A stretch of 64,000 nt of DNA, from contig CABUTS010000002.1 of NCBI GenBank assembly GCA_902494515.1, positions 9,912 to 73,911 of the forward strand, given 5' to 3'. The position numbers and the translations under genes were made by a program. This DNA is from an uncultured Muribaculaceae bacterium. GTDB taxonomy: Bacteria; Bacteroidota; Bacteroidia; Bacteroidales; Muribaculaceae. The notes beneath the pieces were generated by a model, which worked only from the letters and a program-made list of their open reading frames with translations, did not search any database and had not been told where the DNA came from. Positions 1 to 9,342 of the stretch are shown here, piece after piece (the first letter of the stretch is position 1; each line of letters starts with the position of its first letter).

Positions 1-210
1 TTGTTATATAGGCAGCGACAACGCACCGCAGGATTCCATCCCTTTGGCGTTATTCCGGGCAGAGTATTATCCGTTAGCAACGGTATAATCGGTAAAGACC
101 GGCACCGGTTATCATATATGTATCCCTGATTAGCCAATATCAGGTTAAGATTATCCGGATTCCAATATCTGCCTTTTCCCCAATATCATAGTGATGTTCT
201 CAAGAACATA

Positions 211-264
211 GCAAGGTATGTTCCGGGGCACTCGTATCTGAGATAGTGCCCCGAAACCCTTGCC
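211..264. other. candidate oriT-region inverted repeat upstream of mobA
   Basis: gcaagg..gttccggggcact / agtgccccgaaac..ccttgc imperfect inverted repeat upstream of mobA-mobB, where Bacteroides CTn oriT lies. The nick site was not identified. Confidence 0.5.
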
Positions 265-363
265 ATGTGCATGGAGCCGGCGATTACTCCAAAGTCGCAA
301 TCGCCACGCAAACCTGCGGTGCAGTTAGCCGCTACTAATTTTTACCACTTACTCCCCGTTTTT

Positions 364-789
364 ATGAAACACAAGTTCAATCAGGGAGGGAGACCTCCCA
401 AGCTGAACCCTGCGACATACCGTTACGTCGTGAGGTTTGATGCCGCCGAAAACGGCGTGTTCCTGTCGCTCTTTGAAAAATCAGGAGCTACAAACAAGGC
501 GAATTTCATCAAGGGTGTTCTTCTCGGCAAGCCTTTCAAGGTCTTTGTCATTGATGAAAATACTCGCATCTTCATCGACAAGCTGTCGGCGCTCAATGCC
601 CGCTACCGTACTTTCGCAATAGACTATGACCTTCTGGTCAACACTCTCAGGGAGAATTTCAGCGAGAAGAAGGCTATGCAGGCTCTCTACAAACTGGAAC
701 AGATTACCATTGACATGGTTAAGGTCAACCGCGAGATTGTCGCACTCGCCAAAGAGTTCGATGCCCGATGGTCGCAAAAATCTCAGTAG
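364..789 (+). CDS. mobA: mobilization accessory protein MobA (ribbon-helix-helix type)
   Basis: GGRPPK...RYVVRF N-terminus typical of Bacteroides MobA; overlaps the relaxase start. ATG 364 preferred over 265. Confidence 0.85.
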   Translation: MKHKFNQGGRPPKLNPATYRYVVRFDAAENGVFLSLFEKSGATNKANFIKGVLLGKPFKVFVIDENTRIFIDKLSALNARYRTFAIDYDLLVNTLRENFSEKKAMQALYKLEQITIDMVKVNREIVALAKEFDARWSQKSQ

Positions 790-2078
790 GCAGCTCCCTT
801 TACGGCGCACTTTCGTACAACGGCGAAAAGATAAACAAGGAGAAGGGCCGTGTCCTCGACACAAACAAAATCTTCAACGACGGTTCAGGCAACATTGACA
901 TCCGACGGGCTTTCGAGGATTTCAAACTGTGGATGCCGCAATCGACCAAGGCCGAAAAGACTATGATGCACATATCCCTGAATCCACACCCCGACGACAG
1001 ACTGAGCGAAGGGCAGTATGCCCGTCTCGCCCACGAATATATGGAGAAAATGGGGTTCGGGGATATGCCGTATCTTATCGTGAAACATGAAGACATCGAC
1101 CGGCACCATATCCACATCGTTGCATTGAGGGTTCGCCCCGACGGTTCGGTGATCTCCGACAAAAACAATTTCTATAAGAGCAAGGACATCTGTCGGGAGC
1201 TTGAAAAGAAATACGGACTACATACTGCCGAGCGTCAGAAAATCACACCAGATATGCCTATACGGAAGATTGACCCTTCAGGCGACATAAAGCGACAGGT
1301 CGCCAACACGGTCAAAATGGTGGGTATGCGCTACAAGTTCCAGACTTTAGGCGAATACAACGCCATACTCGGACTGTATAACGTGAAGTGTGAGCAGACC
1401 GACGGCAGGGTCAACGGCCGCGAGTATCACGGTCTGGTGTATTTCGCTACTGATGACAGCGGCAACGTGATTGCCACTCCTTTCAAGGCATCGCGCCTCG
1501 GCAAGTTCGCCAGCCGTACCGCCATTGACAGCCGCTTTGAGAAAGCGAAGGATAAGATTGATGTTAAGCCTACGCTGGAAACCGTATCGTCTGTTATGGA
1601 TCAGTCGTCGGGCAAGGATGATTTCATCGCCGGGCTGAAGGAGAAAAACATCGACCTCGTTCTGCGCTATACCGAGGACGGACGCATCTATGGCGCCACT
1701 TATATCGACCATAATACGCAGACAGTTCTCAACGGCTCTCGGCTTGGCAAGGAATTTTCTGCCAACGCTCTTGAAAACTGGTTCTCCAATGTCGGTGAAA
1801 AGCCGGTTGTCGTTACCTTTCCTGACGCTGATGATACCGCCAACACCGGTCATCATCATACACAGTCCCCTGAGATTGGCAAAAATACTGCCTCATTCGA
1901 GAGCAGTCAGCAGCAAACGCAAAGCCATAATCACGAAAATGATTATGACAATCTGCCGTCATTGCCGGATCTCGGAGGTCTGTTCCAGACCGGGCCCGCT
2001 TACGATGCCGATGAGGAAGCCTTCTATCGTGAGATGCAGCGGCGCAAGAAAAAGAAACGCCGTGGGCCCAAACTTTAA
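768..2078 (+). CDS. mobB: MOBP relaxase MobB
   Basis: MVAKISVGSSLYGALSYN motif I Tyr, HISLNPHPDD, HEDIDRHHIHIV HUH motif, basic C-terminus. Confidence 0.93.
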   Translation: MVAKISVGSSLYGALSYNGEKINKEKGRVLDTNKIFNDGSGNIDIRRAFEDFKLWMPQSTKAEKTMMHISLNPHPDDRLSEGQYARLAHEYMEKMGFGDMPYLIVKHEDIDRHHIHIVALRVRPDGSVISDKNNFYKSKDICRELEKKYGLHTAERQKITPDMPIRKIDPSGDIKRQVANTVKMVGMRYKFQTLGEYNAILGLYNVKCEQTDGRVNGREYHGLVYFATDDSGNVIATPFKASRLGKFASRTAIDSRFEKAKDKIDVKPTLETVSSVMDQSSGKDDFIAGLKEKNIDLVLRYTEDGRIYGATYIDHNTQTVLNGSRLGKEFSANALENWFSNVGEKPVVVTFPDADDTANTGHHHTQSPEIGKNTASFESSQQQTQSHNHENDYDNLPSLPDLGGLFQTGPAYDADEEAFYREMQRRKKKKRRGPKL

Positions 2079-2105
2079 TTTGTCAAACACTAATCCCAGA
2101 ACAAT

Positions 2106-4103
2106 ATGTCACAACAGGAAGATGACCTCCGGGCATTATCAAAAATCATGGACTTGCTCCGTGGTCTGAGCATAATACTCGTGGTCGCAAATCTATATTA
2201 TTTCTCCCAGCATCTTGTCGCCGGCTGGCAATTCCACGCCGAGACAATGAAGATTCTCAATAATCTTGACGATGCCGGGAAACTATTTCACAACACTTGG
2301 AACGCAAAATGGTGGGCGGTGATATTCCTCGCTCTGTCGTGTTTCGGCACAAAAGGTCTCAAAAACGAGAAAATTAGATGGTCGCATATCTGGATTTCAA
2401 TCGGTTCAGGAGCGGCACTGTTTTTCCTAAACTGGTGGATGCCGGCTGTCGGTTGGACTTTCGCCTATATGATTACCACTATTGTCGGTTATATCCTGAT
2501 GCTGATAGGAGGCGTGTATATGAGCCGCCTTATCCGCAACACCATGATGGACGACCGTTTCAACAACGAGAACGAATCGTTCATGCAGGAGACAAAGCTG
2601 ATGGAGAACGAATACTCCGTAAATCTGCCGACACGTTTCTTCTTCAAGAAGAAATGGCACCGTGGCTGGATAAATGTGGTAAACCCTTTCCGCGCCTCGA
2701 TTGTCCTCGGCACTCCGGGTTCCGGCAAGTCATACGCTGTGGTCAACAATTTCATCAAACAGCAGATAGAGAAGGGCTTCGGACTCTATATCTACGACTA
2801 CAAATTCCCTGATTTATCGCTTATTGCGTATAATCACATGAAGAATCACGAGGACGGTTACGGTGATGTGAAACCATCGTATTATGTGATAAATTTCGAT
2901 GATCCTGAACACTCGCACCGTTGCAATCCCATACATCCGAAATTTATGACGGATATTGCCGACGCCTACGAGTCGGCATACACCATAATGATGAATCTTA
3001 ACCGCACATGGATACAGAAACAGGGTGATTTCTTCGTAGAGTCGCCCATCGTGCTGTTCGCCGCAATTATCTGGTATCTCCGTATTTACGAGGACGGGAA
3101 ATATTGTACATTTCCTCATGCGATTGAGCTTCTTTGCCGCAGATACGAGGATATATTCCCGATACTCACATCTTATCCTGAGCTTGAAAACTACCTCTCG
3201 CCGTTCATCGACGCATGGCATGGTGGAGCAGCCGAACAGCTTGCCGGGCAGATAGCCTCGGCTAAAATCCCGCTGTCGCGTATGATCTCCCCGCAACTCT
3301 ACTGGATTATGACCGGCAATGATTTCACTCTCGACATCAACAATCCGAAGGAGCCGAAGATACTCTGTGTCGGCAACAATCCCGACCGACAGAACATCTA
3401 CGGAGCCGCACTCGGTCTATACAATTCCAGAATCGTGAAGCTGATAAACAAGAAAGGAATGTTGAAGTCCGGTGTCATCATAGACGAGCTGCCGACCATA
3501 TATTTCAAAGGGTTAGACAATTTAATAGCTACGGCGAGAAGCAACAAGGTTGCCGTCTGCCTCGGTTTTCAGGACTTCTCACAGCTTAAACGCGACTATG
3601 GCGACAAGGAGGCGGCAGTGGTGATGAACACCGTCGGCAATATCTTCTCCGGGCAGGTAGTGGGAGAAACCGCCAAGAACCTTTCGGAGCGGTTCGGAAA
3701 AGTGGTGCAGGAACGGCGCTCAGTCACATACACGATGCAGGATGTCAACCGCACCTTCAACACCCAGCTTGACGCCCTGATACCGGCAAGTAAAATATCC
3801 ACGCTTACACAGGGGATGTTTGTAGGCGCTGTCAGCGACAATTTCGACGAGCGTATCGAGCAGAAGATTTTCCATGCCGAGATTGTCATTGACAACAAAA
3901 GGGTTGCCGAGGAAACCGCAGCCTACGAGCCTATCCCGCTCATTACAGATTTCAAGGACGATACCGAGGACAAATCGAAGATGAAAGCGGCTATCCAGTT
4001 CAACTACAATCAGGTTAAGCAGGATGTGAAGGATATTGTTGAGCGTGAATTGGAGCGTATCCGTCAAGACCCTAAGCTCCGTCATCTATTGCGCATAAAA
4101 TAG
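2106..4103 (+). CDS. mobC: type IV coupling protein MobC (TraG/VirD4-like)
   Basis: MSQQEDDLRAL start, N-terminal TM helices, Walker A GTPGSGKS, Walker B IIDELPT. Confidence 0.93.
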   Translation: MSQQEDDLRALSKIMDLLRGLSIILVVANLYYFSQHLVAGWQFHAETMKILNNLDDAGKLFHNTWNAKWWAVIFLALSCFGTKGLKNEKIRWSHIWISIGSGAALFFLNWWMPAVGWTFAYMITTIVGYILMLIGGVYMSRLIRNTMMDDRFNNENESFMQETKLMENEYSVNLPTRFFFKKKWHRGWINVVNPFRASIVLGTPGSGKSYAVVNNFIKQQIEKGFGLYIYDYKFPDLSLIAYNHMKNHEDGYGDVKPSYYVINFDDPEHSHRCNPIHPKFMTDIADAYESAYTIMMNLNRTWIQKQGDFFVESPIVLFAAIIWYLRIYEDGKYCTFPHAIELLCRRYEDIFPILTSYPELENYLSPFIDAWHGGAAEQLAGQIASAKIPLSRMISPQLYWIMTGNDFTLDINNPKEPKILCVGNNPDRQNIYGAALGLYNSRIVKLINKKGMLKSGVIIDELPTIYFKGLDNLIATARSNKVAVCLGFQDFSQLKRDYGDKEAAVVMNTVGNIFSGQVVGETAKNLSERFGKVVQERRSVTYTMQDVNRTFNTQLDALIPASKISTLTQGMFVGAVSDNFDERIEQKIFHAEIVIDNKRVAEETAAYEPIPLITDFKDDTEDKSKMKAAIQFNYNQVKQDVKDIVERELERIRQDPKLRHLLRIK

Positions 4104-4112
4104 CACCGGCCC

Positions 4113-4156
4113 CAAAGAAAACAAGCCCGGCAACTCTCACGAGCTGTCGGGCTTTC
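4113..4156. terminator. bidirectional intrinsic terminator between convergent mobC and rteC
   Basis: aagcccggcaac / gctgtcgggctt stem with A-rich left flank and T-rich right flank. Confidence 0.7.
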
Positions 4157-4261
4157 CCTCAATCTGAATCCATCATTAGTGAAAACCAAACGTTCTAAAG
4201 CAAATAATGGAGGCAAGCTGGATATTGGATAAGTGGATTAGTGGTCGGACATCGGCTGACT

Positions 4262-4849
4262 TTATCGCCCATCCTGTTCTTCCATGTGGTTGGTGAGCAT
4301 CTTTGTCAGCAGGTCGAGAAAGTAGGTGCGGCTGTCGAGTGTGCGCACTTTTATCTCGTTGAACTTCTTGTAGATGTAGTTTTCGGTTATCTCCACATCG
4401 AAGGCTTTTGCCAGCTTCATGATTACGTCCTTTACGGTCAGGCGGTCGCCGAAGCATTTGGCGAGGTGGAAGGCGTAGCCGATCTCGACGAGCGCCACTT
4501 TCTTGTGGCTCCATTTCAGTCCTATGTCCTGAAGAAGCTCGTCATCGGTTGCCGGCACGACTGTGATTTCCTTGAGGTTGCTGATTGTCTTGCGGATGAA
4601 GTGGAGAGCCTTGCTGATGAAGGATGTCAGCGAGCTGTTCACGGCGTTGCGCTCGGCCTCGGTCTTGAGGTGGGAGATTTCAATCTCTACCACGAGCAAT
4701 GCGCTGACGGCATAGCCTTTGTTCCTGTTGGTACGGCACATCTCGAATACCTGAATGATGAAGTCTCGGTATGTGATGTGAAGATTCTCGTTCTCGCCAG
4801 CGGTCAACTGGCGGAAGAATTCAGTTTCGGTAAGGGCGAATATGTCCAT
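4262..4849 (-). CDS. rteC: RteC-family regulator of excision
   Basis: LKWSHKKVALVEIGYA...IKVRTLDSRTYFLDLL RteC-like C-terminal domain; CTnDOT position next to mobC. Confidence 0.85.
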   Translation of the reverse strand: MDIFALTETEFFRQLTAGENENLHITYRDFIIQVFEMCRTNRNKGYAVSALLVVEIEISHLKTEAERNAVNSSLTSFISKALHFIRKTISNLKEITVVPATDDELLQDIGLKWSHKKVALVEIGYAFHLAKCFGDRLTVKDVIMKLAKAFDVEITENYIYKKFNEIKVRTLDSRTYFLDLLTKMLTNHMEEQDGR

Positions 4850-5078
4850 ATCGTAGCTGGGGGGTTAAGTGGTTCAACATAGTGTTTTTTGTTTCTCGAT
4901 GGATTAAACCACAACCCGTTACAAATGGATTACAGAATAAAATGTTAAAGTGGAATCTGCATGTTTTTCAGTAGATTAACGGCTTTTGAGGCAAAGGATT
5001 TTTAGGGATGTTAAAGCCGTTGATTATTTGAACTTTGAAAGGTTGTTCAATTTCGGTAGAGTTGTGAGGTGGGGAAAT

Positions 5079-5292
5079 AAAAAAGCGCACACCCACCACT
5101 AACTGCCCCATCTGGACTCGGGGTTAACTCAATATGGCAGATGTACGCTATGCAGTAGCATAGCATAAGCATCAGCCTATAAGTATTGAGTAAAAGAAAA
5201 TTGTCCAGATTTTCAGTTAACCTATAAGCGGTCTTATGTTATGTTTAAGTATCTTGAGCGGTTGGCTCTCCAACCGCCTTTTATCCTAAATT
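5079..5292 (-). ncRNA. candidate structured leader/attenuator RNA between rteB and rteC
   Basis: TAATTTTG promoter box (about 5298-5305, minus strand), several nested complementary segments, and a 16-bp G-U-containing stem followed by a U tract. Confidence 0.5.
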
Positions 5293-5343
5293 CGACACAA
5301 AATTACAAATTTTCTGCGAATTAACAGGCGTTTACACTTGGGA

Positions 5344-6597
5344 TTATTTCAATCCGTGCTGTTTCAGCTTGTAAACAAGCGTTGTACGCCCTATGCCGAG
5401 CAGCTTTGCGGCTTGCGTCTTGTTGCCTTCGGTTTTCTCCAGAGCCTCGATAATTCGTTGGCGTTCCGCGTTGGAATCCCTTAGGCGCAGGCTGTCGGTA
5501 ACTTCCGGCGACGAGCGGCTGATGGGAAGGTCAGATGCCGTTATGACTCCGCCGTCCACATTGCAGGCGGCAACATTGATAACGTTTTTTAGCTCTCGGA
5601 TATTGCCGGGCCATTCATGCTGTTTCAGTGTCTTGACCGCCGAGGCATCGAGGCGTTTCGGCGGTTCATTGTGTTCCTCGGCATACTGCGCGAGAAAGAA
5701 CTCGGCTACCGGCTGAATGTCCTCCGTCACCTTTCTTAGCGGTTTCACCGTTATGTCCATCTCACGGAGATTGAAGAACAGGTTTGAGCGAAAAGTTCTG
5801 TCGCTTACCTTCTCCAACAGTTCCGGCTCTGCGGTGCAGATTACTCGGACATCCGGGTGATCTTCGCTTAGGATGTGCAACACGACCGATTGCTTGTCGA
5901 AATTGAGTAGATGCACGTTTTTGAGAATAATCGTACCTCCGGCTGCCTTCTTGAAGTAGCCTCCGATACGGTTATACATCTCGCTCTTTTCAGAACCGGG
6001 TTTGTGTTCACCCACGAGAGCAGCTCCACCTGCCTCTATCACGATAAGCGGCTTGTCGGTACGGTTGCTCTGACGGAATATCTCCCGCGCAATCTGTTCC
6101 TTGCCCATGCCGCTTTCACCGAAGATAATTACATTCGCCTCCGCCGAGGCTATGCGGGTGATTTCTCTCTCGATGCGTTGGAACTCCTTGCTTGGACGGT
6201 GGATAAGCTCATTGTCAGGGGATACGGAATCAATATCCCTAATGTACTTTTGCACCTTTTCCACAAGCTGTTTGTCGATAGCCGGACGCTGAATGACATC
6301 GACGGCTCCCCCATCACGCATCACCGAGAGAATATCCACGGCATTAAAATTGTCCACTACGGCAATGACATGGAACTTGTATCCATCTCGCTTTTGCCAG
6401 TTGATTAACTCCTGCGCTGTTCCACCGGTGAATTTCATCGCCGCGACAACGACCGCGCCCGGTGGCAGTTTCGCCACCTCGTCTTTTGCAGCCTCCATCT
6501 TATCAACGGCAATCGGCTCGTATCCGGCCCGCGTGAGCAAGCCAGACATAAGCCGACGGTCGGATTCGGAGGCTTCAACAATGAGGATTCTGTTCAT
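5344..6597 (-). CDS. RteB-like NtrC-family regulator (degenerate receiver, AAA+, Fis HTH)
   Basis: Walker A GESGMGKE, WPGNIRELKN, C-terminal GNKTQAAKLLGIGRTTL HTH; directly upstream of rteC as rteB is in CTnDOT. Confidence 0.85.
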   Translation of the reverse strand: MNRILIVEASESDRRLMSGLLTRAGYEPIAVDKMEAAKDEVAKLPPGAVVVAAMKFTGGTAQELINWQKRDGYKFHVIAVVDNFNAVDILSVMRDGGAVDVIQRPAIDKQLVEKVQKYIRDIDSVSPDNELIHRPSKEFQRIEREITRIASAEANVIIFGESGMGKEQIAREIFRQSNRTDKPLIVIEAGGAALVGEHKPGSEKSEMYNRIGGYFKKAAGGTIILKNVHLLNFDKQSVVLHILSEDHPDVRVICTAEPELLEKVSDRTFRSNLFFNLREMDITVKPLRKVTEDIQPVAEFFLAQYAEEHNEPPKRLDASAVKTLKQHEWPGNIRELKNVINVAACNVDGGVITASDLPISRSSPEVTDSLRLRDSNAERQRIIEALEKTEGNKTQAAKLLGIGRTTLVYKLKQHGLK

Positions 6598-6679
6598 TGT
6601 TTTGAAAATTATTAAATGTGTTAATTGATATTTCAGTTTTGTCAGATATAACTAAACCCGACATTGAACTAAAAGGAAT

Positions 6680-6746
6680 CAAAATTACGAATCATCGCAC
6701 TACTGATTATTTCGTTAAAATCGGTGATATTTTCCAATTTTACTGA
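6680..6746 (-). promoter_or_regulatory. rteB promoter with bipartite activator-type motif
   Basis: Minus strand TCAGTA-N16-CCGATTTTAACG-N25-TAATTTTG; same spacing as the cargo promoters. Confidence 0.65.
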
Positions 6747-6770
6747 AAGACCCTTATAATGTCCAGATAC

Positions 6771-6807
6771 AAAAAAGCGAAGGATTTATTTGCCCTTCGC
6801 TTTTTTG
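6771..6807. terminator. intrinsic terminator downstream of the hydrolase gene
   Basis: aaaaaagcgaagg / ccttcgctttttt perfect stem. Confidence 0.8.
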
Positions 6808-6840
6808 AGCATCATAAGAGAATGAATCTGTGTGAGATAT

Positions 6841-7932
6841 TCAATCGGCATAGACCGGTGGAATACCGGAACTGTCATCATTGTGCATATTTGCTTTCCA
6901 GAAATTGATGGCATCGTTAATCCAGCCTTCCGCAACCGTACCGGTGCCAATACCAAATCCATGCCCCAGACCTTCATAGACATGAAATTCAGTTGGTATT
7001 CCCATATCTGAAAGTCGTTGCAGACGGTTTTGCATTGTGCGCCAAGAAGCGATACCATCATTAGAGCCTACACAATTATATGTCGGAGGATCTAACGGAG
7101 ATACTGATGAATAACCGGTATATTGCATTATCACTGCCGCTGCTTGTGGCAGATTGGAATTACCCGTAAGTTGAGTAAGATAACCTTTATTGCCTAATGT
7201 CGCAGCCATTCTCGCACCGGCGGAGCCGCCCCAAAGAGAATAGTTTTCTTTTTCAACGCCCAGTTTGTCGGCATTTTCATAAATGTATGAAATTGCCTGT
7301 GCTAAATCTGTGTAGGGATCATCAGGCCTATAAATCAAGGCGAAAGCTGTGTATCCGGCTTTGCTAAGTTCCAGCGAATGAGGGAAACTGTCGTGCATTG
7401 CTCCGACATAGGCAAAACCACCACCGGCGTTAGTAATGGCAAATGGTTTTCCGATTTCGCCCTTAAATACAAATAGACCGGTATCTTTTTTAGACCTGTC
7501 TTGTGCAATTTCATCTGCCGAATATATACTGTGGAATATCTGCTCTCCGTTTGCTGCTTGCGAGTGAAGATAATTCAATATCTCCACCGTTTTTTCAACT
7601 TGGATATATGGATACCACATATATACGTTAGAGGTGCTGACCTGTGCCAGTGTCATCGAAGGTGGCACATTTCGGTCAACCGGGAACAACAATCTGCCGA
7701 ATGATCCGAAAACCGGGTCGTTTATTACATCAGAAACTGTTGATTGTGATGTATAGTATCTATCCATTGGCTCTGTAGTTTCCGACCCCACATTATTGGC
7801 CGGCGTATTTTCAACAGGTTTATCCGGGTCGTTCCAAATGGCGTTTTCAGTCGAGCATGATGTAAGCCAGCAACTGATTAAAAAAGACATCAACAAAACG
7901 ATATTGGGGAATTTATTATTTTTCGACATCAT
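6841..7932 (-). CDS. alpha/beta hydrolase lipoprotein (BD-FAE/esterase-like)
   Basis: Lipobox LTSC, AGGGF oxyanion motif, GGSAGA nucleophile elbow, HGFG. Start 7932 avoids overlap with the upstream gene. Confidence 0.8.
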   Translation of the reverse strand: MMSKNNKFPNIVLLMSFLISCWLTSCSTENAIWNDPDKPVENTPANNVGSETTEPMDRYYTSQSTVSDVINDPVFGSFGRLLFPVDRNVPPSMTLAQVSTSNVYMWYPYIQVEKTVEILNYLHSQAANGEQIFHSIYSADEIAQDRSKKDTGLFVFKGEIGKPFAITNAGGGFAYVGAMHDSFPHSLELSKAGYTAFALIYRPDDPYTDLAQAISYIYENADKLGVEKENYSLWGGSAGARMAATLGNKGYLTQLTGNSNLPQAAAVIMQYTGYSSVSPLDPPTYNCVGSNDGIASWRTMQNRLQRLSDMGIPTEFHVYEGLGHGFGIGTGTVAEGWINDAINFWKANMHNDDSSGIPPVYAD

Positions 7933-7948
7933 TTTGAATATATCTTTG

Positions 7949-9085
7949 TTAATGGTTATTCTCAAATCTTTTTACCACAGGTCGTAATGGATTTGAATAT
8001 TCAGGCCCGATATTGGTTTCAACAATATTAAGTAATGCTGTCAGTTGCGCAGGTGTCAGCCCCTGATGAAGACATATCCCCATGTGAGCCGCCGCCATAG
8101 GCTCCACGCCTCCGACTCCGGCGATAATCGAAACGGTTGCAAGTTCACGGTCTTGCCACGAAAGAATATCGCGATTGAAAATGTCTGCAAACAGATGTTC
8201 TTTCAAGAACTTGTCAATAACAGGTGCGAATACAGCGTAACCACTTGTCGGAGCATCCGCAGGAACACCTGACAGTTCGGCAAGGTTCTTCTTTCCGAGA
8301 GCATACTTTGTCTTATCATCCATATCCGGCACAGGACTTGCTTCCCTGCCTATTGTATCATTGATTCCGGCAGCCTTGCGTTTGTCGAGCAGAGCCATGA
8401 ATGTCTGCAAAGCGCGTAGAGAACGAGGGAAACCGGCGTATGCGTAAGCCTGTACGAGAATTTCCTTAATCTCATTCACGGTCATCCCTGCATCAAGTCC
8501 TCCTATAAGTGCTTCATTAAGATGTTCAAGATTACCACGTCCCGTGCAGGAACCGATTGCCACAATAGCTTGCTGTCTAGGCGAAAGAATCTTGTTGCTT
8601 TCGGCATACTTATTAACGGCATCAGCAGTAGCCGTCAGATATTCTTCGTCAGTAACAGGCGAAAGCCATGTCACATTGTTGTTATCCGGATTACATTCTA
8701 TGGCGATGTGGGCGAACCAACTGTCAGGCGCAGCCCCATGCCAATGCTCGACATCAGGAGCTATTTCAACAATATCTCCCGGAAAAAGCCTTCTCGCAGG
8801 TTTGCCTTTCTCCTGATAGTAACCTATCCCTGCCGTTGCAATAAGGAGTTGACCACCAGAATGACGATGCCAACTGTTGCGACAGCCCGGCTCGAAAGAA
8901 ACGTTGAACATCGGAACATTAAGTTCCTTTACTTCCGACATGGGATAAAGATATGCAGTGCCTATGAAATTGGGGTTGCCTGTCATAGCTTTACCAATCG
9001 GATACGGCTGCTTAAAATCCTGTGCCGTCGTTGAAAATGATGCTATGGCTATCATTATAATCAGTGCTACAAATTTGATTTTCAT
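7949..9085 (-). CDS. cupin + carboxymuconolactone decarboxylase-family fusion with signal peptide
   Basis: FEPGCRNSWHRH...HWHGA cupin, QAYAYAGFPRSL CMD/AhpD-like motif; likely start MKIKF at 9085. Confidence 0.85.
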   Translation of the reverse strand: MKIKFVALIIMIAIASFSTTAQDFKQPYPIGKAMTGNPNFIGTAYLYPMSEVKELNVPMFNVSFEPGCRNSWHRHSGGQLLIATAGIGYYQEKGKPARRLFPGDIVEIAPDVEHWHGAAPDSWFAHIAIECNPDNNNVTWLSPVTDEEYLTATADAVNKYAESNKILSPRQQAIVAIGSCTGRGNLEHLNEALIGGLDAGMTVNEIKEILVQAYAYAGFPRSLRALQTFMALLDKRKAAGINDTIGREASPVPDMDDKTKYALGKKNLAELSGVPADAPTSGYAVFAPVIDKFLKEHLFADIFNRDILSWQDRELATVSIIAGVGGVEPMAAAHMGICLHQGLTPAQLTALLNIVETNIGPEYSNPLRPVVKRFENNH

Positions 9086-9117
9086 ATACTTTGATTTTGC
9101 TGTTGTTTTCGCTTCGG

Positions 9118-9184
9118 CAAAATTACTTAATATGGAATGATACATAGCATTGAAAATTTCGGGGACTTTTGCCTATAATTCAGA
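9118..9184 (-). promoter_or_regulatory. promoter with bipartite motif for the cupin-CMD operon
   Basis: TCTGAA-N16-CCGAAATTTTCA-N25-TAATTTTG on the minus strand. Confidence 0.65.
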
Positions 9185-9342
9185 AATTCAAACAGACATG
9201 TTTGATAATCCTCAGCATGTCAGCATATCCGCTATACGATTAAAGAGTTTCAGGAGTTTATGGCAGGTAATACCGAAAAAAGTATAATAAAAGCAACCAC
9301 AATTTTCCGTTATTTTGATGTAGTAAAACAATATGATAATAA

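Noticed and set aside
134..187. CCAATATC three times upstream of the oriT region
   Set aside because: Short, irregularly spaced, and the context is cut by the window edge; no function can be supported
5047..5172. 41-codon Cys-rich minus-strand ORF (MLMLCYCIAY...) as a leader peptide or toxin
   Set aside because: No supporting homology, and it crosses the predicted terminator; RNA structure explains the region better, though it cannot be excluded
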